A stretch of DNA of 63,537 nucleotides, the filler included, from Chiloscyllium plagiosum (Eukaryota): assembly GCF_004010195.1 (NCBI RefSeq). It is 3 parts of one record of this genome, joined end to end, with 100 filler letters (N's around TTAATTAATTAA, not from the genome) between each part and the next. Parts side by side here need not be neighbours in the genome. Positions count along the whole stretch, not along the records: positions 26,529 to 57,977 come from NC_057714.1; positions 58,078 to 63,537 come from NC_057714.1; 1 more part is not named here. One strand, 5' to 3'. This document shows, piece after piece, positions 51,543 to 63,172 of this stretch (the first letter of the stretch is position 1; each line of letters starts with the position of its first letter). The notes below the pieces were generated by a model that made no database searches, was not told the DNA's origin, and worked only from the letters and a program-made list of their open reading frames with translations. Made by a program: the position numbers and the translations under genes.

Positions 51543-52410
51543 CCTCCGAATGAAGCACTGGTGGTGTAGCCTGCTTTCCATTTGTGTTTGGATTTCCTTG
51601 GGTTCTTGATGTCATTTCTTATGGTGATGTCACTTCCTGTTCTTTTTCTCAGTGAGTGGTAAATGGGATCCAAGTCAAAGTCAATGTGTTTGTCGATAGA
51701 GTTGGAATGCCATGCGTCTACGAACTCTCTGCATGTCTCTGTTTGGCTTGACCTCGGATGGATGTGTTGTCCCAGTCGAAGTGTTGTCCTTCCTCATCCG
51801 TATGTAAGGATACTAGTGAGATTGGGTCATGTCTTTTTGTGGAGAAAGTGAGGTCTGCAGATGCTGGAGATCAGAGATGGAAATGTGTTGCTGGAAAAGC
51901 GCAGGTCAGGCAGCATCTAGGGAACAGGAGAATCAACGTTTCGGGCATAAGCCCTTCTTCAGGAATGAGGAAAGTTTGTCCAGCAGGCTAAGATAAAAGG
52001 TAGGGAGGAGGGACTTGGGGGAGGGGCGTCGGAAATGTGATAGGTGGAAAGAGGTCAAGGTGAGGGTGATAGGTCAGACGGGAGTGGGGGCGGAGAGGTC
52101 GGGAAGAAGATTGCAGGTTAGGAAGGCGGTGCTGAATTCGATGGATTTGACTGAGACAAGGTGGGGGGAGGGGAAATACCTTGTCTCAGTCAAATCCATC
52201 GAACTCAGCACCGCCTTCCTAACCTGCAATCTTCTTCCCCACCTCTCTGCCCCCACCCCAGTCTGGCCTATCACCCTCACCTTGACCTCTTTCCACCGAT
52301 CACATTTCCGACGCCCCTCCCCCAAGTCCCTCCTCCCTACCTTTTATCTTACCCTGCTGGACAAACTTTCCCCATTCCTGAAGAAGGGCTAATGCCCGAA
52401 ACGTCAATTC

Positions 52411-53016
52411 NNNNNNNNNNNNNNNNNNNNNNNNNNNNNNNNNNNNNNNNNNNNNNNNNNNNNNNNNNNNNNNNNNNNNNNNNNNNNNNNNNNNNNNNNN
52501 NNNNNNNNNNNNNNNNNNNNNNNNNNNNNNNNNNNNNNNNNNNNNNNNNNNNNNNNNNNNNNNNNNNNNNNNNNNNNNNNNNNNNNNNNNNNNNNNNNNN
52601 NNNNNNNNNNNNNNNNNNNNNNNNNNNNNNNNNNNNNNNNNNNNNNNNNNNNNNNNNNNNNNNNNNNNNNNNNNNNNNNNNNNNNNNNNNNNNNNNNNNN
52701 NNNNNNNNNNNNNNNNNNNNNNNNNNNNNNNNNNNNNNNNNNNNNNNNNNNNNNNNNNNNNNNNNNNNNNNNNNNNNNNNNNNNNNNNNNNNNNNNNNNN
52801 NNNNNNNNNNNNNNNNNNNNNNNNNNNNNNNNNNNNNNNNNNNNNNNNNNNNNNNNNNNNNNNNNNNNNNNNNNNNNNNNNNNNNNNNNNNNNNNNNNNN
52901 NNNNNNNNNNNNNNNNNNNNNNNNNNNNNNNNNNNNNNNNNNNNNNNNNNNNNNNNNNNNNNNNNNNNNNNNNNNNNNNNNNNNNNNNNNNNNNNNNNNN
53001 NNNNNNNNNNNNNNNN
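52411..53016. other. Assembly gap (Ns)
   Basis: Run of about 606 N. Confidence 0.98.
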
Positions 53017-53471
53017 AGGGAACAGGAGAATTGACGTTTCGGGCATAAGCCCTTCTTCTGGAATGAGGACAGTTTGTCCAGCAGGCTAAGATAAAAGGTA
53101 GGGAGGAGGGACTTGGGGGAGGGGCGTCGGAGATGTGATAGGTGGAAAGAGGTCAAGGTGAGGGTGATAGGTGAGACTGGGGTGGGGGCGGAGAGGTCGG
53201 GAAGAAGATTGCAGGTTAGGAAGGCGGTGCTGAGTTCGATGGATTTGACTGAGACAAGGTATTTCCCCTCCCCCCACCTTGTCTCAGTCAAATCCATCGA
53301 ATTCAGCACCGCCTTCCTAACCTGCAATCTTCTTCCCGACCTCTCCGCCCCCCCCCCAGTCTGACCTATCACCCTCACCTTGACCTCTTTCCACCTATCA
53401 CATTTCCGACGCCCCTCCTCCAAGTCCCTCCTCCCTATCTTTTATCTTAGCCTGCTGGACCAACTTTCCTC

Positions 53472-53507
53472 ATTCCTGAAGAAGGGCTAATGTCCGAAAC
53501 GTCGATT
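53472..53507 (+). ncRNA. Minimal type I hammerhead ribozyme-like motif (intact core)
   Basis: auuc-CUGAAGA-A-GGGC-uaau-GUCC-GAAAC-GUC-gauu. Sibling copies at 52374-52409 (+) and 51931-51966 (-). Confidence 0.6.
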
Positions 53508-55164
53508 CTCCTGTTCCCTAGATGCTGCCTGACCTGCTGCGCTTTTCCAGCAACACATTTCCATCTCATGTCTTTTTGTGGCTAATTGTTGTTCATGTAT
53601 CCTGGTGGCTAATTTTCTGCCTGTTTGTCCAATGTAGTGTTCATTACAGTTAATGCAAGGTATTTTGTAAATTACATTAGTTTTGCTTGTTGTCTGAAAA
53701 GGGTCTTTCAAGTTCATTAGCTGTTGTTTTAGTGTATTGGTGGGTTTATGTGCTACCATGATGCCAAGGGGTCTGAGTAGTCTGGCAGTCATTTCCAAGA
53801 CGTCTTTCACGTAGGGGAGAGTGGCTAGGGTTTTGGGCATGTTTTGTCTGCTTGTTTGGGTTTGTTGCTGAGAAATCGGCGGACTCTGTTCATTGGGTAC
53901 CCATTCATTTTGAATATACTGTTCAAGTGATTTTCCCCTGCTCTGTGTAATTGCACTGTGCTTCAGTGTGTGATGATTCATTGAAATCAGCTTCATTTGT
54001 GGATTGCTTTTGTAGTTCCATATTTGGCCCGTATGTGTTGTTTTCCTGTAGACGCTGTTTTGAAGTTCCCTATTGGCTGTTCACTCTACTGTGATTCTAG
54101 AAATGGCAATTTGTTGTTGTTTTCCTCCTCTTTAGTGAATTTTATGCCAGTAAGGGTATTATTGATGGTCTTGAACGTTTCCTCTAATTTGTTTTGTTTC
54201 GTGATGACAAAGGTGTGATCCACGTAGCAGACCCAAGGTTTGGGTTGGTTGGTTGGCAGAGCTGTTTGATGAGTCTCTGCATGACTGCCTCTGCTAAGAA
54301 CCCTGATATCGGAGATCCCATGGCTGTTCCATTGGTTTGTCTGTAGGTTTTGTTGTTGAAGGTGGAGTAGGTGGTAAGGCAGAGGTCCACTAGCATGACG
54401 ATACTGCCCTTGCTGAAGAACTTGGTGGCATTTGGTGCATGTGTCTTTGGTTCTTCTAATAGTGTGGTTAGCGTTTCCTTAGCCAGGTTGATGTTGATGG
54501 ATGCGAACTGGAGACCATTAGTTCATCCTCTTTTATGTTGGTGTCTTCAATGATCTTCAAGAATTCTACAGCGAGCAAACCTACATCCAGAAGCTCACCC
54601 TGAGCTATAAATCTTAAAACTCACTCATGCTAGCTTTTTATCATTCATGCATGAGGATCACCAATTCTCTGTTCTATTGCATTCCACAGTCTTTCTCCAT
54701 TTAAGTGGGAGAAAGATCAGCACGAGGTAAAGTACTGGTACAGACACAGTGGGCAGATATACCTCCTTCGGCAGTATAATGATTCTGTGATTCAATTATT
54801 TAAATTATAATCAAGCACCTCTTTTCTTCTCACCAAAGTCCATAACCTCTCATTTTCCCAGACTGTATTCCAGCTGCTACGTTTTGCCGACTGTCTAACC
54901 TGTCTAAATCCCTCCGTAGATCTTGCATCATCCTCACTGTTTGCCTTCCCACTTATTTTTGTGTTATGCATATACTTGGTGATAGTAAATTAACTTTCAT
55001 CATCCAAGTGATTTATATCGTAAATAATGTGACCCTAACACTGATCCCTATACTATTCTACTCACCACAGGCTGCCATCTTGAAAACACCCATTTTAACC
55101 CAACTCTGATCTCTGATAGCCAATCCTCTATTGATACTAATGTACTATCCCAACATCATAGGCT

Positions 55165-56250
55165 CCATAGAGTCAGACAGTCACAGAGTCATAAAGATGT
55201 ACAGTACTGAAACAGATCCTTCGGTCCAACTCGTCCATGCCGACCAGATATCCCAAACCAACCTAGTCCCACCTGCCAGCACCAGCCCATATCCCTCCAA
55301 ACCCTTCCTATTCATATACCCATCCAAATGCCTTTTTCATGTTGCAATTGAACCAGCCTCCACCACTTCCTCTGGCAACTCATTCCATACACATACTACT
55401 GTGGTGAAACGGTTAAAAATTATGTCCCAATACATGTGTGAATCTAACCGGAATGGAGGTGTTGCTTAGTCCCGTGTGAATCTTATTACACACCTCCCCG
55501 TGTGAATCTTCTTATCTGTATGTAACCAGAATGGAATGTGTTTTTTAGCCTTGCTCTGCTGTTATATCAGCTGGAAAAGTCTCCAGTTCGGTGAGTCTGC
55601 TCCGGGGTTACGTTTAACCGCCGAGCGTGGGTTGTTGGCAACCGCTCTACGAGAACTGACGGCTCCCAGTTCCGGTAACATGTAGAGTGAGTATAAGCCA
55701 GACCCGTTGTATGAGACCTAGTTGTGGCGACGCTGCGGGGAATAAAATGCCCATATTCGAGCAGACTCGCCTCTTGGTCGTTTGTTCTGTGTCAGACTAC
55801 TCTCCTACGAACCTGACCTTGAGAATTTTTTAAAACAACTACCCTCCGATTGAGAAAGTTGCCCCTGAGGTCTCTTTTATATCTTTCTGTTCTCACCCTA
55901 AGCCTATGCCCTCTAGTTCTGGACTCCCCCACCCCAGGGAAAAGACTTTGTCTATTTATCCTATCCATGCCCCACATGATTTTATAAACCTCCAAGGTCA
56001 CTCCTCAGCCTCTGACGCTCCAGGGAAAACAGCCCCAGCCTGTTCAACCTCTCCCTGTAGCTCAAATCCTCCAACCCTGGCAACATCCTTGTAAATCTTT
56101 TCTGAACCTTTTCAGGTTTCACAACATCCTTCTGGTACGAAGGAGACCAGAATTGCACTGTATATTCCAGAAGTGGCCTAATCAATGTCTTGTACAACCA
56201 CAACATGACCTCGCAACTCCTGTAGTCAACGCTCTGACCAATAAACAAAA
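55165..56250 (-). mobile_element. CR1 LINE 3' fragment interrupted by a solo LTR
   Basis: LYKTLIRPLLEYTVQFWSPSYQKDVVKPEKVQKRFTRMLPGLEDLSYRERLNRLGLF plus 3'UTR and tail. Confidence 0.92.
55400..55837 (+). mobile_element. Solo LTR (438 bp), 5-bp TSD
   Basis: TGT...ACA termini; TSD actac at 55395-55399 and 55838-55842; TATAAG at ~55692 and AATAAA at 55741; CpG-rich; short repeated gtgtgaatct motifs in the U3-like part. Confidence 0.88.
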
Positions 56251-56269
56251 GCATGTTGCTGTTTTTGAA

Positions 56270-57977
56270 TTCATGTGTCACTGGACATCGGGGTGCATCT
56301 GAGAAAATTAACAGTAAATTTCAAAACTAATCTTGGGGGAACCGGTTTGGGCGAAGTTCGCAACACAGAATCAGATAAGTTCATTGTTGTTTTAAGTCCG
56401 TCCAAGAGAAAGGCTGCATTAGCGAGTACAGTGGGTTCTTTCTCGATTATGTGTTTTTGGAGATAAGTCTCTTGATTAAACTTAAAATATAAGCCATAGC
56501 TATTAATTTAACCTGGTGCAGTGTTTTGCAGAAGAATAAGATGGTGTTATTTTCTGGGGCTGTAGATTGTGAAGGAGCAAAAATGGCCTTTGCAGTAATA
56601 TGTGCTTCTTGTCAGATGTGGGAGTTTAAAGAGAATATAAATATTACTGTGGATTATATCTGCCATAAATGCTGTTGGATGTGAATCTTTTCAACCGATC
56701 CATTCGATCTGATGAGACAGATAGGAGCGATGAGGAATTTGCAACAGCAACAGTGTGTAATGGATGGCAGTTATAGGAAAGGGGAAAAGTCTCAGATACA
56801 GTCGCATAGATGGGTCAACTCCAGGAAGGGTAAGAGAGGTAAGCAGCTGGGGCAGGAGTCTTTTGTGGATATACCCATTTCAAACAGGTATACGGTTTTG
56901 GAAAATGTAGGGGGTGATGGATTCTCAGGGGAACGTAGCACGAACAGACAAGTTTCTGGTATTGAGACTGGCTCTAATGCAACGAGGGGTACGTCGGCTT
57001 CTAAAAGATCAATTGTGTTTGGGGATTCTGTAGTCCGAGGTACAGACAGACGTTTCTGTGGCCAGCAGAGAAAAAGCAGAATGGTGTTGTTTCCCTGGTA
57101 CCAGGATCAAGGATGTCTCAGAGAGGTGCAGAATGTTCTCAGGGGAGAGGGGCCAGCAAGAGGTCACTGCCCACATTGGAACCATCGATATAGGAAGGGA
57201 AAAGGTTGAGATTCTGTGAGATTCTGAATGGAGATTACAGAAAGTTAGGCAGGAATTTAAAAAGGAAATCCTCAAGGGGAGTAATATCTGGATTACTCCC
57301 AGTTCTACAAGCTAGTGAGGGCAGGAATAGGAGGATAGAGCAGATGAATGCATGGCTGAGGAGCTGTTGTATGGGAGAAGGATTCACATGTTTGGATCAT
57401 TGGAATCTCTTTTGGGATAGAAGTGACCTGTACAAGAAGGATGGATTGCACCTAAATTGAAAGGGGACTAATATACTGGCAGGGAGATTTGCTAGAATTG
57501 CTCAGGAGGATTTAAACCAGTAAGGTGGGGTGAGTGGGACTCAGTGAGATAGTGAGGAAAGAGATCAATCTGAGACTGGTACAGTTGAGAACAGAAGCGA
57601 GTCAAATAGTCAGGCCAGGCAGGGACAAGGTAGGACTAATAAATTAAACTGCATTTATTTCAATGCAAGGGGCCTAACAGGGAAGGCAGATGAACTCAGG
57701 GCATGGTTAGGAACATGGGACTGGGATATCATAGCAATTACAGAAACATGGCTCAGGGATGGGCAGGACTGGCAGCTTAATGTTCCAGGATACAAATGCT
57801 ACAGGAAGGATAGAAAGGGAGGCAAGAGAGGAGGAGGAGTGGATTTTTGATAAGGGATAGCATTGCAGCTGTGCTGAGGGAGGATATTCCCAGAAATACA
57901 TCCAGGGAAGTTATTTGAATGGAACTGAGAACTAAGAAAGGGATGATCACCTTATTGGGATTGTATTATAGACCCCC
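56270..57977 (+). mobile_element. CR1 LINE 5' portion: 5'UTR, ORF1 (zinc finger, SGNH/esterase-like domain) and start of ORF2 APE
   Basis: MAFAVICASCQMWEF..YICHKC; SIVFGDSVVRGTD; MNAWLRS..LYKKDGLHLN (GDS...DxxH esterase motifs); then LNCIYFNARGLTGKADELRAWLGTWDWDIIAITETWL. Contains frameshifts and stops. Confidence 0.9.
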
Positions 57978-58077
57978 NNNNNNNNNNNNNNNNNNNNNNN
58001 NNNNNNNNNNNNNNNNNNNNNTTAATTAATTAANNNNNNNNNNNNNNNNNNNNNNNNNNNNNNNNNNNNNNNNNNNN
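57978..58077. other. Assembly gap with artificial linker
   Basis: 44 N + TTAATTAATTAA + 44 N. Confidence 0.97.
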
Positions 58078-58255
58078 TCTAGGACTATTAGGAGGCCTGT
58101 AAAAAACTACTCCTAACATGAGCTCACCTTTCCTATTCCTAACCTCAACCCAAACTACCTCAGATGGCGAGTCTTCATCCATCGTCCTCCTTTCCACAGC
58201 TGTAATACTATCTTTGACAAGCAATGCCACACCTCCCCCTCTTTTACCCCCATTC
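58078..58255 (-). mobile_element. CR1 ORF2 APE fragment, runs into gap
   Basis: GGKRGGGVALLVKDSI..EVVWVEVRN..LGVVFYRPPNS. Confidence 0.88.
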
Positions 58256-58259
58256 ATTT

Positions 58260-59205
58260 GGCAGTTAGGAAGGAAAATGCAATGTTAGCATTCATTTCAA
58301 GAGGATTAGAATGCAAGAGCAGAGATGTGCTGCTGAGGCTGTATTAGGCTCTGTTCAGACTGCATTTGAAATATTGTGAGCAAATTTAGCCATGTATCTA
58401 AGGAGTCGTGTGCTAGCATTTGGAGGGGGTCCAGAGGAGGTTCACAAGAATGATACTGGGGGCTTATCATATGAGGAGTGGATGAGGACTCTGGGTCTGG
58501 AATTTAGAAGGATGAGAGATAACACGATGATTTAGTGATTAGCACTGCTGCCTCACAGTACCAGGGACCCAAGTTCAATTGCACCCTCAGGTGTAGAGTT
58601 TGCACATTTTCCCCGTGTCTGTGTGGGCTTCCTCCCACAGTCCAAAGATGTGAAGGTTAGGTGGATTGGCCATGCTAACTTGTTCCGTAGTGTCCAGGGA
58701 TGTTCAGGCTAGGTGGAGTAGCCATGGGAAATAAATGAATAATGTGGGAGTGGGTGGCTGGGACTGGGTGGGATGCTTTTTGGAGGGTTGGTGCAGACAC
58801 AATGGGCCGAATGGCCTCTTTTCACAGTATGGATTCTAGTTGGGGGGACGAGGATGGGGGATCTGATTGTTCATGCCTCTGTGTTCTGTAAGTTTCACAG
58901 TGGATGCGGACAAAATATTTCCACAGGTACGAGAGACTAGGATTAGAGGGTACAGCCTCAGAGGGAAGGGGCAACCTTTTTGAACTGAGATGAGGAGGAA
59001 TTTCTTCAGGCAATGGGTGGTGACTCCGTGGAACTCATTGCCACAGAAATCTGTGGAAGCCAAATCATTAAGTGTATTTAAGACAGAGATAGAGTAAAGG
59101 GATCAAAAGTTACAGGGCAGGAGAATGGAATTGAGAAACATATCAGCCATGATCGAATAGTGAGGCAGAGTTGATGGACCAAATGGCTAAATTCTGCTCT
59201 TCTAC
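58260..59205 (+). mobile_element. Old CR1 3' fragment with nested V-SINE (~58523-58838)
   Basis: CR1 ORF2-end remnants on both sides of a V-domain SINE. Confidence 0.78.
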
Positions 59206-60059
59206 CTTATGGGAGATTGAAGGAGATGTCTGAGAGCTGGCTCCACAAAGTAGAAATCATAATAATGTCAGCACCACCTTTGTCATCCAGCTTGGACCTG
59301 AGAGCACTGAGCGCAGTAAGTTCAGAGGGAGATAATGTCTGTACTTCCCTCCCTGAAACTAAGACAACTGATGTAACATCAGCAGTTCTTAATGAACTGC
59401 TTGAATGCAGGTAAAACACCAGAGTGTGGGGTATGGGTTGAAGGAGAGCATTGGAGGTAGGTGCTGGCGTCTGTAGGACAGGGAGAGGACTTTTGCCAGA
59501 AACAGGTGCAGAGATGAAGTGCTCAACAAACACCCATCCACCCACCCACACCAACGTTCACTCTGCTGCCACACCACAGATGCTTCCAGAGCTGCTGCAT
59601 TTTGAAAAAGTTTTGTTGGATTAAGCAGTAAGACTTACTTAATAACTATTGCTCTTCTGGATCCTTTGAAAAACTAAAGTGATTCTTTACTGCATTTCTG
59701 GAGGTTTAGCACCTCAAACTGTTAGCACTAATGCACATTTCACCAATCTGGCAAATTCCATTTAGCATTCTGTGTAACAGGCTGCAGTGAAAAATACATA
59801 TGAGAAACAATGAGATGGTTAACATTTATAACTCAAGCACAATCAATCACTCACAACAAAGTGACTAAAGTGCATATTTTTACGACTTGTTATTGCAGTA
59901 GTTTGTAGCCTAACCTTGCATTATTGTCCTTTTTCATCAATAACACCAACTTGAGTTTTGTTTTAAAATAGTGAAAGCAATCAAGACACTTTACTGTAGC
60001 TTTATCAAACAAACTTGGACACTGAACCAATAAGGAGATGTTAGAACGAGTCACCAGTA

Positions 60060-60338
60060 GGTCCTTTCCTTAGGGTGAAGAAGTTCAAAACTAGGGGGCA
60101 TATTTTTAAGGTGGGAGGAGAAAGTTTTAAAAATGACTTGAGGAGCAATTTTTTTTACACAGTGTGACTTGTGTGGAATGAACTGCCAGAGGAGTTGGTT
60201 ACAACATTTAAAAGACAATTGAATAAGTGCATGAATAGGAAAGGTTTGGAGGGATAAGGGCCAGAAGGCAGCGTTTAGTTTCCAGGTTGGTGTTGCCTGG
60301 TTGGACTGAAGGGCCTGTGTCCATGATGTATGACTCTG
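60060..60338 (+). mobile_element. CR1 LINE 3' end
   Basis: tggaatgaactgccagagga motif and gtatgactct tail. Confidence 0.75.
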
Positions 60339-60689
60339 TAGCTGCCCTCCTTCTCTTCTCTGCTGTTGTGATACTCCTGTGCATTAGCAGCAAGCGGTGT
60401 GGCCTCAGTGGAAGTTCAAGATAGCTGGTCCCAAGTTGCACCCCAGAAATCATACTATTTGATGGCAAATACGGCCCTTTTCTGCAGCAGGATCGCAGAG
60501 GATTACCAATCTTCAGTATGCATATTTTCTAATCACCCTGTTCAGAGAAGTTGTTATTGCAGACTTCAGGAACAAATCCTTTGAAGCTGTAAGCCAGCCC
60601 TGCAGGCAAGATTCACGTGATGTTATTGATTCTTAGTGATGGTGTGAAAATGTGGTCAGAAACCCAGATCCAGATCAAATGTGACCTCA

Positions 60690-60935
60690 AGATACCTGAG
60701 CGGTCTTGTTTTTGCCTCCTTTAGGAGGATGTAAAAGGTCCACAGCACTTCCTGAAAGATCAGTGTATCTCTCCCTGCTACCCTGAGTGGTACGTCAATC
60801 AAAGCAGATTACTTGGTAACTTAATCAGTTGCTACTTGTGGTATCTTTCTTCAATTGGCTACTTTAATGATTCATTGGCTTATTGGCTTTAAAGCTCATT
60901 TGAAATACCTTGTGGTTGTGAAAGACACTGTATAT
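60690..60935 (+). mobile_element. Ancient Deu-domain SINE remnant (SacSINE/AmnSINE-like)
   Basis: ggatgtaaaaggtccacagcactt...aagcagattacttggt...ttgctacttgtgg...aattggct...ggttgtgaaagacactgtata resembles my recollection of the DeuSINE consensus. Similar minus-strand remnants near 10685-10860. Confidence 0.5.
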
Positions 60936-61139
60936 GATTACAAATTATTTACAATACAGAAATAGCCATTTAGCACAACAGGTTTGTGCCCTGCGTAGAC
61001 CCCCTTTCAGCCTGTTAAATCAAACCTAGTGCTGCCAGTGCATTGATCTCCAAACAGTAGATGCTGTTTGTCTCAACAACTTATTTTTACTGTATATTCC
61101 ACATTGTTTGTTAAGGAAACTTCTCCTTAATTCTTTGCT

Positions 61140-61458
61140 GGATTTATTAAATTCCCTACAGTATGGAAACAGGCCCTTCGGCCCAACAAGTCCACACGGA
61201 CCCTCCGAAGAATAACCCACCCAGACCCATTCCCCTACCCTATATTTATCTCTGACTACTGCGCCCAACACTATGGGCAATTTAGCACTGCCAATTCACC
61301 TGACCCACACATCTTTGGATTGTGGGAGGAAACCAGAGCACCCAGAGGAAACCCATGCAGACACGGGGAGAATATGCAAACTCCACACAGACAGTCGCCC
61401 AAGGTGGAAATCGACCCCAGGTCCCTGGCACTGTGAGGTAGCAGTGCTAGCCACTGAT
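61140..61458 (-). mobile_element. V-SINE (HE1-like)
   Basis: Reverse complement of a full V-SINE body and tail. Confidence 0.9.
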
Positions 61459-61737
61459 ACGCCTGCTGAGCCACCGGTATTAAGAACTACTATATTCATG
61501 GCCCTCAGTTCTGGTCTTGCCTGCAAGTAGCAAAACTTTTCCTCCTGAGGTTTCTGATCTACACCAAAGTAGTGGCAATTTTGTGAAGGGATGAGCTTCT
61601 TTAATTAGTAACAAGTGGCAGTTTAAGTTCTTCTCTTTTGCCTTTGTCAGTGCAAGACGAATATTGACCAAAACAGTGCCACTGATTTCTATTGTAGAAA
61701 GAATTCTATATAAAAGCAAAGTAAAAATTTATAATGA

Positions 61738-61850
61738 CTTGGAGGTGCCGGTGTTGGGCTGGGGTAGTCAAAGTTAAAAATCACACAACATCAGGTTATA
61801 GTCCAACAGGTTTACTCGGAAGCACTAGATTTCAGAGCGCCGCTCCTTAT
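61738..61850 (-). mobile_element. Short 3' terminal fragment of the PLE family seen at 31660-34580
   Basis: Matches 34475-34577 in reverse and retains ggagcggcgctctgaaatctagtg (stem II + GAAA half of the hammerhead-like motif). Confidence 0.75.
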
Positions 61851-63172
61851 TTGTAACTTAGAATGATTTTGGACTTTTTGGCATGGCACATATCTATTTC
61901 TTCAGATGTTTGATGAAGGTCAGTCCAAGTTTTTTTTCTGGCTCAGGAATTTGAAGTGTGGAAAATAGGCGTTGCTTACTTAGCCTTGTTTCAGCCAAAG
62001 AGTATTTGGCATTAGTTAGCAAATGAAGAAAGTAATCAATCCACAGTCCAGCTTTTTAATTGTGGTGACAACTGAAAGTACTTTAAGAGTGTAGCTTTCC
62101 CTCAGTCCTGCATTGAGTATTAACTTTGATTATTTTGGCTCGAATGGGACTTGAACCTGCAACTTTTTGAATTGAAGACAACAGTGTTGTCAACTGATCC
62201 ACAGCTGCAAGAGAAGATTCAATTAGGGTCGAATAGACCTTTTCTAGAAACTTAAGTTAGCTTGCATGGTTCTGACAGTAACTTCACCCACTTGCCTAAT
62301 GTAAATTATTGAACTTGGAAATGTTTAATTTAACCTTACATTAGCTTTGACAGCTAGAAAAGAAGAAATGTTATTTTCTGACACTTGATTCAAGTTTAAA
62401 TATCAAAGTTTTTAATACAGATTTAAGTTAGTGTCTTGTGTCAGAATCATTACTTCAGTTACTAATGAGTTTTCATTTTAAATTGCAAATAGGCAAGCAC
62501 AACATTTACAGAAATCACCAAAAGAAAGTGCATACTACAAGATTTAAAGTTTGGGATAATATTTGTATCGGATTATATAATTGCATGTATCTTTTGATGT
62601 TACGTTAATATCTCTGTTAAAAAATCTAGCATCAGCATGAACTTCATGACTGAATTAATTTCCATTTATTGTGCATTTGTCAAATATCTTAATTTGCCAT
62701 TATTTTTTCCTGTTTTAAAAAGAAATTGGGAACAAAGCAAGTAAGTTTTCTTTGGGGGGGAATGGGGTATTGGATATGAAGGAAAAGTTGATAGAGGAGA
62801 TTGGAGAGGGGGGAAGACCAACAACAAATTCCCCCTCTCGACCTCCCCCAAGCCACTAACCATCCTGACTTGGAACTATATTGGCATTCCTTCATGTTGC
62901 TGGGTCAAACCTCTGGGACCCTAAGAGCAGTTTGTGTGTACCTACACTCCAATGATTGCAGTGTTTCAAGAAAGCAGCTCCAGGGCATTCAGGGATGGGC
63001 ATTAGATGCTGGCCTAGCCAGTAACATCCAAACTCCATGAACAAAAAGCAGCAGGAAAGGAATGTGAGGTATGAAAAGATAGCCAATTTTCCAATGCCTC
63101 AATCTAAAACCGTCCTGTGGTGGCTTCTTTCTTGTTCATGTTATTCTGGAGCACAACATCACTTCCCAGTTG

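Larger units (their letters stand above)
51843..53565. mobile_element. Young palindromic PLE-end insertion(s) spanning a gap, 16-bp TSD
   Basis: Two near-perfect hairpins (~51925-52410 and 53017-53520); TSD tcatgtctttttgtgg at 51827-51842 and 53566-53581. Confidence 0.85.
51460..54620 (-). mobile_element. Penelope-like retroelement (RT + GIY-YIG, probably Poseidon-like), decayed and interrupted by an insertion at 51843-53565
   Basis: RT motif FNNKTYRQTNGTAMGSPISGFLAEAVM (54184-54396); linker TLPYVKDV..HKPTNTL; GIY-YIG NVIYKIPCINCNEHYIGQTGRKLATRIHEQ. Inverted terminal segment tggatgtaggtttgct (51464) / agcaaacctacatcca (54574). Confidence 0.9.

Noticed and set aside
52161..53423. Longest ORFs in the track (248-339 aa)
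   Set aside because: They are mostly X from the N gap; the remainder translates non-coding palindrome arms.
61480..61719. 79-aa minus-strand ORF as the possible upstream UBE3C exon
   Set aside because: The translation does not match the expected UBE3C segment (GYYRSLY...LENVLKPL-type).
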